Below are positions 1-10,600 of a DNA stretch of 64,000 bases, one piece after another. Origin of the DNA: Anaerolineae bacterium (GTDB taxonomy: Bacteria > Chloroflexota > Anaerolineae > Promineifilales > Promineifilaceae); the NCBI GenBank assembly GCA_019637635.1, contig JAHBVI010000004.1, positions 6,497 through 70,496 on the forward strand. The letters run 5' to 3'. Within the stretch, counting starts at the first letter, position 1; each line of letters starts with the position of its first letter. The position numbers and the translations under genes were made by a program. The notes beneath the pieces are model-generated. The model was not told the DNA's origin, ran no database searches, and was given only the letters and a program-made list of their open reading frames with translations.

Positions 1-114
1 TTGTGACTGGCGCAACATAAATTGGTGCCGCCCACCAGAAAAAGGGCCTTCGAACCCTAATTTTTGCAGGCGGTGGATAAATTCGCGGCGTGAAATTGGA
101 GAAAGCTTGGGCAC
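1..114 (-). CDS. hicA: HicA-like mRNA interferase toxin, 3' truncated by window edge
   Basis: GTG at 114-112 directly after the hicB stop. Own translation VPKLSPISRREFIHRLQKLGFEGPFSGGRHQFMLRQSQ matches the HicA N-terminal pattern (R-EF-..L.KLGF....GG.H). Confidence 0.6.
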   Translation of the reverse strand, partial: MPKLSPISRREFIHRLQKLGFEGPFSGGRHQFMLRQSQ

Positions 115-115
115 G

Positions 116-364
116 TTAAAAAGTGACTGGAGCCGGTAATTCTATCGTTGTGTCTGCCAGCGAAGGAATGGGCAACCCTTTGGCAATACTAAATAACAGC
201 CAATCTTCAACGGCTGCCGCCAGATTACGACGACACACTTCAAGCGTTGGGCCTGTGGCCCAAACGCCGGGCAAGTCGGCAATCTCACCATAAAAGGGTT
301 CTTCATCCTCAATCATTTCATATTGGGCCAGCTCTAGAGCTTTGTGAATGTATTCTAAAATCAT
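116..364 (-). CDS. hicB: HicB-family antitoxin (UPF0150-like)
   Basis: 82-aa ORF. The YEMIEDEEPFYGEIADLPGVWATGPTLEVCRRNL pattern is typical of the HicB N-terminal domain. It is immediately followed by the hicA-like ORF. Confidence 0.7.
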   Translation of the reverse strand: MILEYIHKALELAQYEMIEDEEPFYGEIADLPGVWATGPTLEVCRRNLAAAVEDWLLFSIAKGLPIPSLADTTIELPAPVTF

Positions 365-444
365 GGACTTTTCATTCCTGTCAAGATTGGCTTAAACAAC
401 TCAATCGTTAACCAGACAGATTGTACCATACAAGGAAAATTCAG

Positions 445-1314
445 ATGAAACGTGTTTTGAAATGGATTGGTATTGTGATCGGGGGTTTATTGGGCGTCAT
501 TATTTTGGCCTACGGTGTTATGTGGGCCGTCAGCGCCAGCCGGTTGAACCGGACGTATGAAGTCACGGCCAACTTCAACCTCAACATCCCCACGGACCCC
601 GAACGCATCGCCGCCGGGGAAAAGTTGTTCACCATTTACTGCGAAAGCTGCCACGACGCGAATCTGGCCGGGGAACTCTTCTCTGAAGACCCCGCCTTTG
701 GCGAAATCTACAGCGCCAACCTCACCGGAGGCGAAAATGGGATCAGCCGCCGCTACAGCGACGAGGAGATTGCCAGAGCCATCTGGTACGGCGTCAAACA
801 AGACGGCTCGCCGACGGTGGGGATGCCTTACGAATTTAATCATGGCATCCACGTGGGCGACATGGAGAACCTGATCGCCTATCTGCGCAGCGCACCGCCC
901 GTAGACACCAATTACCCCCCACCCAGCTACGGCCCCATGCTGCGCGTCTTCCACACGGCCAATCTGTTCCCCCTGGTGACGGCCGAAAATGTGGCGATGA
1001 GCCAGCCGCCGCCGGCCATCGTCTCCCCGGACGATACGCTGGCTTATGGCGCTTATCTGTCCGTGTTTTGCACCGCCTGTCACGGCCCCGATTTTACCGG
1101 GATTGCCATCGCGGAAACGCCTTCGCTGTGGACGGCCGTAACCACCTGGACAGAAGCAGAGTTTGAGCGGGCGATCACGACGGGGGTGCTGCCCGACGGC
1201 CGCCAGATGGACCCGGAAATGATGCCCTGGCCCTCCTTCAACCTCTACACCGAGGCCGAGCGCCACGCCATCTGGGCTTATTTGCAAAGTTTGGAGCCGG
1301 TGGTACAGGAGTAG
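445..1314 (+). CDS. membrane-anchored diheme c-type cytochrome
   Basis: Two CxxCH haem-binding motifs (CESCH, CTACH) and an N-terminal TM helix. ATG at 445 with upstream AAGGA is preferred over the TTG at 421. Confidence 0.75.
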   Translation: MKRVLKWIGIVIGGLLGVIILAYGVMWAVSASRLNRTYEVTANFNLNIPTDPERIAAGEKLFTIYCESCHDANLAGELFSEDPAFGEIYSANLTGGENGISRRYSDEEIARAIWYGVKQDGSPTVGMPYEFNHGIHVGDMENLIAYLRSAPPVDTNYPPPSYGPMLRVFHTANLFPLVTAENVAMSQPPPAIVSPDDTLAYGAYLSVFCTACHGPDFTGIAIAETPSLWTAVTTWTEAEFERAITTGVLPDGRQMDPEMMPWPSFNLYTEAERHAIWAYLQSLEPVVQE

Positions 1315-1319
1315 CGTAG

Positions 1320-2216
1320 GTGAAACGCTTATGTGCTGGTTTTATAGGGTTGGCGGCGATGGGAGTGGTCTACGGCCGTTACCGCCACGAAAAAGCGCAA
1401 GCCCTGCTAACTTTACGTGCTGGCAGCCAACGGCTCAACGGGGTTGAGTTTGCCATGCAGGGTGAGGGTAAACCGATCCTCATCCTGCATGGCGGTTTTG
1501 GCGCTTACGAGCAAGGGTTGGCCACGGCCGAACTGCTCGGCCTTGACGGACAAATCATCGCCCTGTCGCGGCCTGGGTATCGGCGGACTGGGTTGGGAAA
1601 CGGCCGTACCCTGTCCGAACAAGCGCAAATGGCCTGCCGGTTACTCGACCAGTTGGGCATAGATTCCGTCTACGTCCTGGCTATTTCCGGCGGGGGATTG
1701 GCCGCCCTGCAATTGGCTCTGAACCATCCCACCCGCTGCGCCGGGTTAATTATGCTCTCGGCGCACGGGCCAGCCTTGCTAGAAAAGCGGCCGGCCGCCC
1801 ACTGGTTATGGCTGATGCGCCTGTTTATGGCTAGTGATTTTCCTGTGTGGGTCGCCTTCAAAATGGGCATGTGGGCCTTAATCCGTTTGAACGGCAATCA
1901 AAGGCAAGAGGGTGATTTCGCCAATTTTTGGTCTGGTTTTTTTCCCGGCATCGATTGGCGAGTCGGAATGCTGAACGATTTGGAGCAGTTGTTGGGGCTG
2001 ACCGGGATGCCATTGGAAAATATCCGCGTACCCACTCTGTTGATTCATGGCGATCGGGATACAATTGTTTCGTATAATGTCGCTGTGGACATGCACGGCC
2101 ATATCCCCCACTCTCATATCGTCACCATCCCCGGCGGCACCCATTTAATCGTCGCCACGCACGGCCCGGAAATTGGCCGGGTAGTGGCCCAGTTCATCGA
2201 GGAAAAAGGAATATAA
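1320..2216 (+). CDS. alpha/beta-fold hydrolase
   Basis: HGGFG oxyanion region, nucleophile elbow AISGGG, C-terminal HGDRD..GGTH pattern. Confidence 0.7.
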   Translation: MKRLCAGFIGLAAMGVVYGRYRHEKAQALLTLRAGSQRLNGVEFAMQGEGKPILILHGGFGAYEQGLATAELLGLDGQIIALSRPGYRRTGLGNGRTLSEQAQMACRLLDQLGIDSVYVLAISGGGLAALQLALNHPTRCAGLIMLSAHGPALLEKRPAAHWLWLMRLFMASDFPVWVAFKMGMWALIRLNGNQRQEGDFANFWSGFFPGIDWRVGMLNDLEQLLGLTGMPLENIRVPTLLIHGDRDTIVSYNVAVDMHGHIPHSHIVTIPGGTHLIVATHGPEIGRVVAQFIEEKGI

Positions 2217-2217
2217 A

Positions 2218-2808
2218 ATGGCCGCCCCTTTTCCTTTACCGCAAACCCTGATCATCCTCTCCGGCTTGCCCGGCTGCGGCAAAACAACGCTGGCCCGGCT
2301 GTTGGTTCAGGAATTGCGCCTGCCCATCCTGACCATTGACGACGTGGTGGACGCCATCCCGACGCACATGACCGGCCACTCAGAACGGTTTTGGGAAGAT
2401 ATGGTTCACATTTTGCTGCATCTGGTAGACGCCCAACTGGCCTGGGGACACAGCGTCATCGTGGATTCCGTGTTCATGGGTGTAGACGAGAACCAGACGC
2501 AGCACCGCTGGAGCGACCGCCAACGCGCCTACGAGATCGCCCAACACCGCCAGGTCAACTTTCGCCCCATCTACCTGCACATCTCCGACGAAACGGTCTG
2601 GCAAGAGCGGCTGGCCCAACGCGCCCGGCAGTTTCCCGACGCCCCCACCGCCACTTGGACGCAAGTAGACACGCAGCGGCGCTATTTCCAGCCCTGGCAG
2701 CCGGGTCAGGCCCTTTTTCTGGATGGGTTGAACAGCGTGGAAGATAACTTTGCGGCTGCCATGTCGTTAATAACCGACCCCATTATTCGTTTGACAGGAT
2801 GGGATTGA
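2218..2808 (+). CDS. P-loop (AAA_33-like) kinase/ATPase
   Basis: Walker A GLPGCGKTT near the N-terminus. Small size is typical of zeta/gluconate-kinase-like P-loop kinases. Confidence 0.55.
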   Translation: MAAPFPLPQTLIILSGLPGCGKTTLARLLVQELRLPILTIDDVVDAIPTHMTGHSERFWEDMVHILLHLVDAQLAWGHSVIVDSVFMGVDENQTQHRWSDRQRAYEIAQHRQVNFRPIYLHISDETVWQERLAQRARQFPDAPTATWTQVDTQRRYFQPWQPGQALFLDGLNSVEDNFAAAMSLITDPIIRLTGWD

Positions 2809-4286
2809 TGATGCGAACAAAAATCTTACTGCTTGGCCTGGTTGTTTTCTTCCCGCTTATGCCTGCGACACTGGCAGCACAAAGCAACGGCAGTCTCCCC
2901 ACCGTTGATGCCTTTGTCCACGAGCGGATGGAAAGCCTGAACATTCCCGGCGCGGTCGTTGCCATTGTGCATGAGGGTGAAATTGTTCATCTGGCGGGCT
3001 ATGGCACTGCCAACGAAGCGGGCGACCCCGTGACGCCGCAGACGCCGTTTCTGCTGGCCTCATTGAGCAAATCGGTCACGGCCGTGGCCGTCATGCAACT
3101 GGTAGAAGCCGGGCAAATTGAGCTCAACGCGCCCATCCAGAAATACCTGCCCTGGCTGCTGCCCGATACGCCCATTACGGTGCGCCAGCTTTTGCACCAG
3201 ACCAGCGGTTTGGACGAGACGCAGGGCTACCGGCGCAATCTGGAGGCCGACGGCCCTAATGCGCTGACCAACAGCATCCGGCAGTTGGCTGATACGGGGT
3301 TGAACAACCCGCCGGGCGCGGCGTTTGAATACACTAACAGCAACTATGACATTTTGGGGTTGCTTATCGAAACTGTTACGGGTCAGTCATATGCCGACAC
3401 CATTCAGGCCAACGTCTTCACGCCGCTGGCGATGAACAACTCGTTTACCTCGTTGAGCGAAGCCCGCGCCGCCGGGATGAGCAGCGCGTTTTACCCTTTC
3501 TTTGGGCGGCAGATGAGCTTTGACAATCGGATGCCCTACACGCGGGCGGTGCAACCTTCGGCGGGGTTGATTGGCAGCGCCGAAGATATGGCCCATTATA
3601 TGCTGGCTCATCTGGATAACGGCCGTTACCAGACTACCCAACTCCTCTCCCCGGCCAGCGTCCAGACATTGCACACCCCGGCTGCCGATGTGCCGTATGC
3701 GATGGGCTGGGCCGTCTGGCCGTTTGACGACGCCGCCTTGCCGGGTGATGATGCGCCAACGGCCGTTTCCCACGGCGGTGAATGGCTCGGCTTCAACAAC
3801 ATGATTGTCCTCATCCCGGAGTATGATTTAGGCGTGGCCGTGCTGATCAATGGCCCCGACTCCATCCGCAGTTCCGCTTATAGCAACATCGCTTTTGACG
3901 TCGTTCTGCTGGCATTGGGGCTGGAGGCGCAGCATTACCCGCCGCAAGAAGATTGGCTGACGCAGGGGTTACGGCCGTTATCCGTGATCATCATTTTGTT
4001 CTTGTTTGCCAGTGGGGTAGTGGCTATCCGGCGGCTGCGGCGGCTGCGCCGTTCTGCGTTTAGCCGCCGTGATAGCTGGACTTTTATCGCGTTGGCGCTG
4101 ATTGACCTGGCACTGGCGGGCTACCTGCTCTTTATCCGCCTGCCCGACGCCAAATCCAGCGTGTCCCTGACCCTGCGCTTTCAACCCGACCTGGGGCTCC
4201 TGCTGCTGGTCATCCTGCTGCTGACATTGGGTTGGGGATTAATCCGTTCGCTGTGGGCCGTCTGGCGCTGGCGAGCCAGCCATTAA
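2799..4286 (+). CDS. serine hydrolase of the beta-lactamase/PBP (class C-like) family with C-terminal TM helices
   Basis: Signal peptide, SxxK motif (SLSK), YxN-like YTNSNY, C-terminal hydrophobic segments. Confidence 0.75.
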   Translation: MGLMMRTKILLLGLVVFFPLMPATLAAQSNGSLPTVDAFVHERMESLNIPGAVVAIVHEGEIVHLAGYGTANEAGDPVTPQTPFLLASLSKSVTAVAVMQLVEAGQIELNAPIQKYLPWLLPDTPITVRQLLHQTSGLDETQGYRRNLEADGPNALTNSIRQLADTGLNNPPGAAFEYTNSNYDILGLLIETVTGQSYADTIQANVFTPLAMNNSFTSLSEARAAGMSSAFYPFFGRQMSFDNRMPYTRAVQPSAGLIGSAEDMAHYMLAHLDNGRYQTTQLLSPASVQTLHTPAADVPYAMGWAVWPFDDAALPGDDAPTAVSHGGEWLGFNNMIVLIPEYDLGVAVLINGPDSIRSSAYSNIAFDVVLLALGLEAQHYPPQEDWLTQGLRPLSVIIILFLFASGVVAIRRLRRLRRSAFSRRDSWTFIALALIDLALAGYLLFIRLPDAKSSVSLTLRFQPDLGLLLLVILLLTLGWGLIRSLWAVWRWRASH

Positions 4287-4377
4287 CCAACCAACGGCGC
4301 TGGCGCTTCACGGAGAGATATATGCTACACTTGACGCCTGTGGAAGAAAACGTCATCAACAATTAAGGAAAAACATC

Positions 4378-5235
4378 ATGCACACAAACCCCACTGAGCA
4401 ACCCGCAGGTTTTGTAGATGGCTGGCAAGAAGGGCATCTACAGGCCAACGGAATTGGTATTCACTATTACCGCACCGGCGGAAACAAGCCGCCGCTCATT
4501 TTGGCGCATGGCGTCAGCGACAACGGTCTTTGCTGGCGGCGTGTGGCCCTGGCCTTGCAGGCTGACTTTGACCTGATCATGGTAGATGCCCGCGGCCACG
4601 GCCGTTCCGACAAGCCGCCTACCGGTTATACCTATGATGAGTTCGCCGCCGATTTAGCCGCCATTATTCAGGAAATGGGACTCGGCGCAACGGCCGTCAT
4701 GGGGCACTCTATGGGCGCTCTCACGGCGGTGGTGACGGCTGCCCAAAACCCCAACTTAGTTAGCAAACTCATTCTAGAAGACCCACCCCTGATGAGTGAG
4801 CAGGCCGCCGCCGAATTGGCGGAACGGTTTACCCAAGGCGCGGCCATGTTCGCGATGATGCAAGAGCAGCCTGTAGAAGCAATTGTGCAGTTCGCCCAAC
4901 AAATGAACAGCGATTGGCACGAGATGGAGTTTCCGGCGTGGGCGGAATCCAAGAAGCAATTTGCGCCACAGGTATTTACGGAGCTGGGTGTGGCGGCGGT
5001 ACAGGTTGATTGGCGCGCCTTAATGCGGCAGTTGACCATGCCCACCTTGCTGATTACGGCCAACAACACCCCCCGTCCCTCAGGGCCAGCCATTGTCACC
5101 CCCGAAATCGCGGGCGAAGCGGCGGCCCTCAATCCCCACATCCAACTGGCTTATCTACCTGACGCGGGCCACAACATTCGCCGCGAGCAGTTCGATTTGT
5201 TTGTGCAGACAATACGGCCGTTTCTGACCACCTGA
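4378..5235 (+). CDS. alpha/beta-fold hydrolase
   Basis: HGVSDN oxyanion region, GHSMG nucleophile elbow, C-terminal DAGH. RBS AAGGA upstream. Confidence 0.75.
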   Translation: MHTNPTEQPAGFVDGWQEGHLQANGIGIHYYRTGGNKPPLILAHGVSDNGLCWRRVALALQADFDLIMVDARGHGRSDKPPTGYTYDEFAADLAAIIQEMGLGATAVMGHSMGALTAVVTAAQNPNLVSKLILEDPPLMSEQAAAELAERFTQGAAMFAMMQEQPVEAIVQFAQQMNSDWHEMEFPAWAESKKQFAPQVFTELGVAAVQVDWRALMRQLTMPTLLITANNTPRPSGPAIVTPEIAGEAAALNPHIQLAYLPDAGHNIRREQFDLFVQTIRPFLTT

Positions 5236-5273
5236 GTTGAAAATGGGGATCAAGAGGAAAGAAGGAGACGCAC

Positions 5274-5765
5274 ATGAATATCGAACTGCGGCGACCATCC
5301 CGATCCGACCGACACTTAATTCGGTGCATGATGCAACTGTATCTCTATGACTTCTCGGAATATGAAGATGCGGACCTGGATGAGCATGGACTTTTCTCAT
5401 ACGGCGATCTCGATTACTTTTGGTTTGAACCGACACACGCCGCCTTTCTGTTCACCGTAGATAATAAATTGGCCGGTTTTGTCCTGGTTGACAACGATGT
5501 AAAACTCCCTGAAAGTGAGCGGGCGGTCAGTGAATTTTTTGTGATGCGCAAGTACCGCCGTCGTGGGGTGGGCAAACAGGTCGTGCATCAACTTTTGGAC
5601 TTGCTGCCTGCCCGCTGGGAAGCAGCGGTGATGGAGACAAATCAACCGGCGCAGCAATTCTGGCGCCAGGCGTTTGCCGCCTATAGGCAGGGAATCTTTC
5701 AGGAAACGGCGCTCAACAATGATGAGTGGCAAGGCCCTGTATTCTCTTTGGATAACCGCACATGA
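5274..5765 (+). CDS. GNAT-family N-acetyltransferase
   Basis: Acetyl-CoA binding motif A (RKYRRRGVGKQ), about 160 aa, GGAG RBS upstream. Confidence 0.65.
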   Translation: MNIELRRPSRSDRHLIRCMMQLYLYDFSEYEDADLDEHGLFSYGDLDYFWFEPTHAAFLFTVDNKLAGFVLVDNDVKLPESERAVSEFFVMRKYRRRGVGKQVVHQLLDLLPARWEAAVMETNQPAQQFWRQAFAAYRQGIFQETALNNDEWQGPVFSLDNRT

Positions 5766-6844
5766 TGAATGAAACTGTAATTACCTCTCTGGAACAAGTG
5801 ACGAATGAATGGCTCACGGCCGTACTCACCCACAGCGGCGCACTCACCCAGGGCACAGTTGCCGGGTTTGATGTGACCGGCGGGCGCGGCAACTGGTCAG
5901 AAAGCGGCTCGCTGCAACTGACCTATTCACCGGATGCGCAGGGGGAACGGCCGTTACGCCTCTTCCTCAAACTGGTGAACGCCGATACCGGCGACGGCGA
6001 GTATTTTGGTTCGTCGGAGGTGGATTATTACCTGCGCGACTATGTGGATGTGCCCGATGCGCCGCTGCTGCGCTGTTACGACGGCCGTTACGCCGCCGCC
6101 ATTCATCGCTACCACCTGCTGCTGGAAGATGTCTCCGCCACCCACACGATGGCCTGTGGCCAGCCGTCCACGCTGGAGTATGGCCTGGCCCTGGCCGAGG
6201 CGTTTGCTATTTTGCACGGCCGTTGGTGGGGTGCGGCGCGGTTGGCCGAAGCCAACGCCCCCTTGCACGATGCCGACCACATCCGCCGCTGGGTGGCGAT
6301 TGCCGAGCCAGGCGCAGAGCACATCATCAGCCAGCTTGCCACAGAACTCAAACCTCACTGGCCCGCCGCCATTCGGGACATCTTCGCCCGCCATCCCCAG
6401 GCAATGATCCGTCGCAGCCAGGACGCCAACGGCTTCACCCTCTTTCACGGCGACGCTGGTTGTTACAACATCATGGTACCGCGGGAGGGAATACGGCCGA
6501 TCTACCTGATTGACCGCCAACCCTTCGACTGGAGCCTGACCACCTGGTTGGGTGTTTACGATCTGGCCTATGCCCTCATTTTCCACCCCGGCGGCAAGAC
6601 AGACCGCCAATGGGAACTAACCGTCCTGCGCCATTACCACGAAACGCTCATCCGTCGCGGCGTGTCCGGCTACAGTTGGGCACAGTTGTGGGACGATTAC
6701 CGGCTGTGTGTGGCCATGGGCGTTTACATTGCCGTGGAGTATTGTCGCGGCGGCATCAACGAGTCCACGCAATGGGTTTGGCTGCCCATGCTGCAACGCG
6801 CCCTCACCGCCTGCGACGATCTTAACTGCTTTGAACTTTTGTAG
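5762..6844 (+). CDS. phosphotransferase-family (APH/choline-kinase-like) protein
   Basis: Catalytic HGDxxxxN motif (HGDAGCYN) followed by IDRQ (DxD-like). ATGA overlap with the upstream GNAT gene. Confidence 0.6.
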   Translation: MMNETVITSLEQVTNEWLTAVLTHSGALTQGTVAGFDVTGGRGNWSESGSLQLTYSPDAQGERPLRLFLKLVNADTGDGEYFGSSEVDYYLRDYVDVPDAPLLRCYDGRYAAAIHRYHLLLEDVSATHTMACGQPSTLEYGLALAEAFAILHGRWWGAARLAEANAPLHDADHIRRWVAIAEPGAEHIISQLATELKPHWPAAIRDIFARHPQAMIRRSQDANGFTLFHGDAGCYNIMVPREGIRPIYLIDRQPFDWSLTTWLGVYDLAYALIFHPGGKTDRQWELTVLRHYHETLIRRGVSGYSWAQLWDDYRLCVAMGVYIAVEYCRGGINESTQWVWLPMLQRALTACDDLNCFELL

Positions 6845-6852
6845 AACGATTT

Positions 6853-7233
6853 TCAAAATCGTTCCACGACAGGTTGGGTTAACAAATCACGCAGCGGCAC
6901 ACCATCCCGCTGCACTTCGCGCCACAGCGTATCCCGCTGGGCCACAATGGCATCCCAACGCCCTTTTTCGTAGAGGTGGGTGTTGAACAAAACGTCGTAC
7001 TCCAACGAACAATTAGCTGCTACGCTTCGAGCCAGCCACCGACTATTTGCATCGAGATGGCACAGGATGATGAGTAAATCTATATCGGAATCAACGTGGG
7101 AATCACCACGCGCTTTGGAACCAAATAGATAGAGATCAACCAGGTTTTCTCCCAGCGTCTCAGCCAACATCAAGCAAACTCTCAAAAGAGCTTGCTGTTC
7201 GTTGATTTTTAGGTGATCGGGCAAATTAATCAT
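6853..7233 (-). CDS. MNT-type nucleotidyltransferase (antitoxin partner of HEPN)
   Basis: GSxxRG..x..SDIDL signature (GSKARGDSHVDSDIDL). Overlaps the upstream HEPN gene by 8 nt. Confidence 0.75.
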   Translation of the reverse strand: MINLPDHLKINEQQALLRVCLMLAETLGENLVDLYLFGSKARGDSHVDSDIDLLIILCHLDANSRWLARSVAANCSLEYDVLFNTHLYEKGRWDAIVAQRDTLWREVQRDGVPLRDLLTQPVVERF

Positions 7234-7636
7234 ATCGAATTCCCGCCTCCTGCAAAGCCCGTTCCATGCGCTCTAGAAAAATGGCGGCATTTTCCAGGTG
7301 GCGGCTGGCGCTTTCATAATCAAGCGGCGTAAGGTCATAATCACCGGCATGGCGTTCATCCATTGCCGCGCCGAAAAAACGGCTAAATTCTGGTTCGATG
7401 AGGCCCGTTTTGACAAAGTGCTGGCGGAAGGCGGCGATAACGGCCGAATGTTTGCTCCGTTCCAACCCTTTGCTGGCGAGTAAGGCGTTGGCGGCATAAA
7501 AAATGGCATAATAGGCGCGGTTTACCGTTGTAATATAATCTTCATGCGCCAACACCAATCGGCCCGTAGCAACCGCCTGGCGGGCATGGGCGATGTATTT
7601 GGCGATTTTTTCTTGAATTCCTGGTTCGATGCTCAT
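7226..7636 (-). CDS. HEPN-domain protein (toxin partner of MNT)
   Basis: HEPN (PF05168-like) pattern: AIFYAANALL..KG...SKHSAVIAAF ... ERHAGDY. Start moved to ATG 7636 (MSIEPG); the 51-aa upstream extension of the listed ORF is Arg/Ser/Pro junk that runs into the divergent kinase gene. Confidence 0.7.
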   Translation of the reverse strand: MSIEPGIQEKIAKYIAHARQAVATGRLVLAHEDYITTVNRAYYAIFYAANALLASKGLERSKHSAVIAAFRQHFVKTGLIEPEFSRFFGAAMDERHAGDYDLTPLDYESASRHLENAAIFLERMERALQEAGIRYD

Positions 7637-7677
7637 AATGAGTAGATTATACCACGAACAGGAAGGTAGACAGACGA

Positions 7678-10600
7678 ATGAATCTGGTAGAAGCTGCCCG
7701 GAAGATGACCTTATCTGAACAGACGGCCGTATGGCCGCAGCGTCTGCTCCTGGTGCTGTGGACGGCCGTCGCCGCTGCGTTTCTGGCAATTTTTGTGACC
7801 GATCTATGGCTCAGTTACCCCATGCTGGCTGCCCCTTGCACGGGCGAAGGGTGTCATTACCAGGCCATCGGCCCCACCGAAGCGGCGGTTCTGGCACAGT
7901 GGGGCCTGCCGGTGACCGCCTATGCTCTGTACATCTTGGGCATTTCCGTCCTGCCGGTCATCCTCTTCACTGCACTGGCTGTCCTGATGCTCAACCGTCT
8001 CTACCCGCAAAAAGAGGGTATGTTTTATTCCCTCACCCTCATTGTGATTCCGGTGGTCGCCATCTCCAGCTTTGACGTGGTCGCCGACGCTTTTCCCCAG
8101 CTCACCATCCCTATACAACTGGTCGTCGTCGTGGGCCATTTGCTGTTGATGTCTCTATTCCTCGTTTTCCCCCGCAGCCGGTTCGAGCCACGCTGGACGG
8201 CCGTTCTACCCATTTTCTCCGTCTTTTTTGGCCTCTACCCGCTTTTTTACGCCGAAGAAATGAGGCTGCCGATCAGCCAGCCTTACTTTTTGCTGCTCCT
8301 GCTCGTGTTGGCCGTTATCTTCTATCGTTACCGCCATCTTTTTGACGAGAGCGAAAGACGGCAGACCCGATTGGCGATTCTGGGTATATTCATCTTCTTT
8401 ATCGGCGTTCCCATTTGGAGCTACACCTTTGAGATAGCCGCGCCCGCGCCCGGTCAGGCCAGATTGCTCACCACAATGATCGGCTGGACCTTGTGCATAA
8501 TCACGACCATCGCCCTGCCTGCTACCCTATTTGTCGCTATCTTGCGCGATAGGCTGTGGGATATGGCGATTATTCTGAATCGGACACTGGTGTATGGCGG
8601 GCTGACGGTAGGAGTCACGGCCGTTTACCTGCTCATGATCGGTGGATTAGGGCTGTTGGCGGCGGGGCAGCAGTGGCGGCTGATCGGTGTAGTGCTGGCA
8701 ACGGCCGTCACCGCCATCCTGCTCAAACCGGTCAAAACCAGCCTGCAAACCCACGTCAACCGCCTCATCCCGCCAACCCCCAAAGATGTCCCCACGCCGA
8801 CAGAACATGCCCACCATCCAGCTATTCCCCACCGGCGCGGGCTGGTCGCGGGACTGCTTTTGCTGGCGCTGGCAGTGCAGGCGGCTTTGGCCTGGTTAAC
8901 AGCCGTTGGCTGCTACCGCTTCTCAGATTATGGATTGGTCGGCTTGTTTGTCTCCGCGGGCAGCGGCCTGCTTTTTACCACTGTCGGCGGCCTGATTCTC
9001 TATTATCGGCCCGATAACCGGATCGGCTGGCTTTGCCTGTGGACCGGCATCGGCCTGCCCGCTCTAGCCGTTATCGAATTGTATCTGCATTGTGGTTTGG
9101 CCGGACAATTGGCCGCGCCTGGATCGGCTTATCTGGCCTGGTTCACCTACAGCTATGGCGTTGTCCTGATCATCCTGCCCATGTTCATCCTGCTGCCCAT
9201 GCTTTATCCCAACGGGCACTTTTTATCCCCGCGCTGGCGCAATCTAACCATTGGCGGCCTCCTCATCATCGCCATCGCCAGTATAGGCACAGGTTTGCTG
9301 CCGGATTTCGGACAGATCAACGCTTTTGGCGGCGGCTGGGCTATTACCAACCCATTTGGTGTAACAGGATTGCCAACGTGGTGGTATGCCACTTTTAGAG
9401 CGATGCTGCTGCTGGCCGTTTTGTTTGTCAGTGTAGCCGGTATCGCCTCTATGGGCCTGCGGCTGAAACGGTCGGTAGGGGATGAGCGGCAGCAGATGAA
9501 ATGGCTGGTTTACTTTATGGCCACGGCCGTTATCGTCCAATTGCTCGTTTTTGAGCTGCCCGGTACTTTGTTCTATCCCGAACTTTTCCAAACCATCTGG
9601 TATGAACTGACCATCCTGATCGTCTTCTGGGGCTATCCGCTGATCATCGGTATAGCCGTTTTCAAATACCGGTTGTACGCCATTGACCTGGTAATCAACC
9701 GCACCCTGGTTTACGGCAGCCTGACGCTGATTGCCATCTCCATTTACGCCCTGATGATAGGGCTGCTGAGCCTTTTGTTTCATACATCAGGCAATCTGGT
9801 CATCTCCCTGGTTGCCACCGGCTTCATCGCCGTCTTGTTTCAACCACTGCACCAACGCTTGCAACGTGGCGTCAACCGGCTGATGTATGGTGAACGCGAC
9901 GACCCCTACAAGGTGCTGTCGCAGTTGGGGCGGCAGTTGGGGGAAACGGCCGTTCCCGGCCAGACCCTACCCGCCATCACCACCACCATCTGCCACACCC
10001 TCAAACTGCCCTACGCCGCCATCCAGCTCACAACGCCCGATGGGGGGCGGCAAACTGTCGCCGTCAGCGGCCAGCCAACCACCGTCAGCGAAGAGTGGCC
10101 GCTGCTGCACCAGAGAGAATTAGTCGGCTGGCTCATCGTCGCGCCTCGTTCCACCCAGGAGCAGTTTACGAGCCAGGAATGTCAACTGCTAACCGACATT
10201 GCCGGGCAAACCGGCGCAGTTGCTTATGCCGTGCGCCTCACCACCGCCTTACAGCACTCCCGTGAAAAGCTGGTGCTGGCCCGCGAGGAAGAGCGCCGCC
10301 GCCTGCGCCGCGATTTGCATGACGAACTTGGCCCCGTCATTGCCAGTCAGGGCCTCAAACTGGCCGCCGCCCGTGAACTGCTGCACACCGACCCGAACAC
10401 GGCCGTGCGCCTGCTGGATGATGTGCTGGCGAAAAACCAGAACACCGTCGCCGAGGTGCGCCGCCTGGTCTACAACCTGCGCCCACCCACACTGGACGAG
10501 TTGGGGCTGGTGGGGGCCATCTGCGAATATGTGCAAAACAGCGCCTCAACCGACCTGAAAGTGACCATCTCTGCTCCTGATAGCTTGCCGCCGCTTTCGG

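Noticed and set aside
487-1287. Long antisense or shadow ORFs. Examples: 487-1287(-), 11271-12140(-), 10706-11566(+), 22376-23248(+), 25511-26809(+), 28588-29169(+), 51301-52215(-), 53334-54326(-), 62719-63393(+), 5954-6610(-).
   Set aside because: Each lies opposite or out of frame to an ORF with clear family motifs. Their translations are Arg/Gly/Pro/His-rich low-complexity sequence typical of non-coding frames in high-GC DNA, and no motifs are recognisable.
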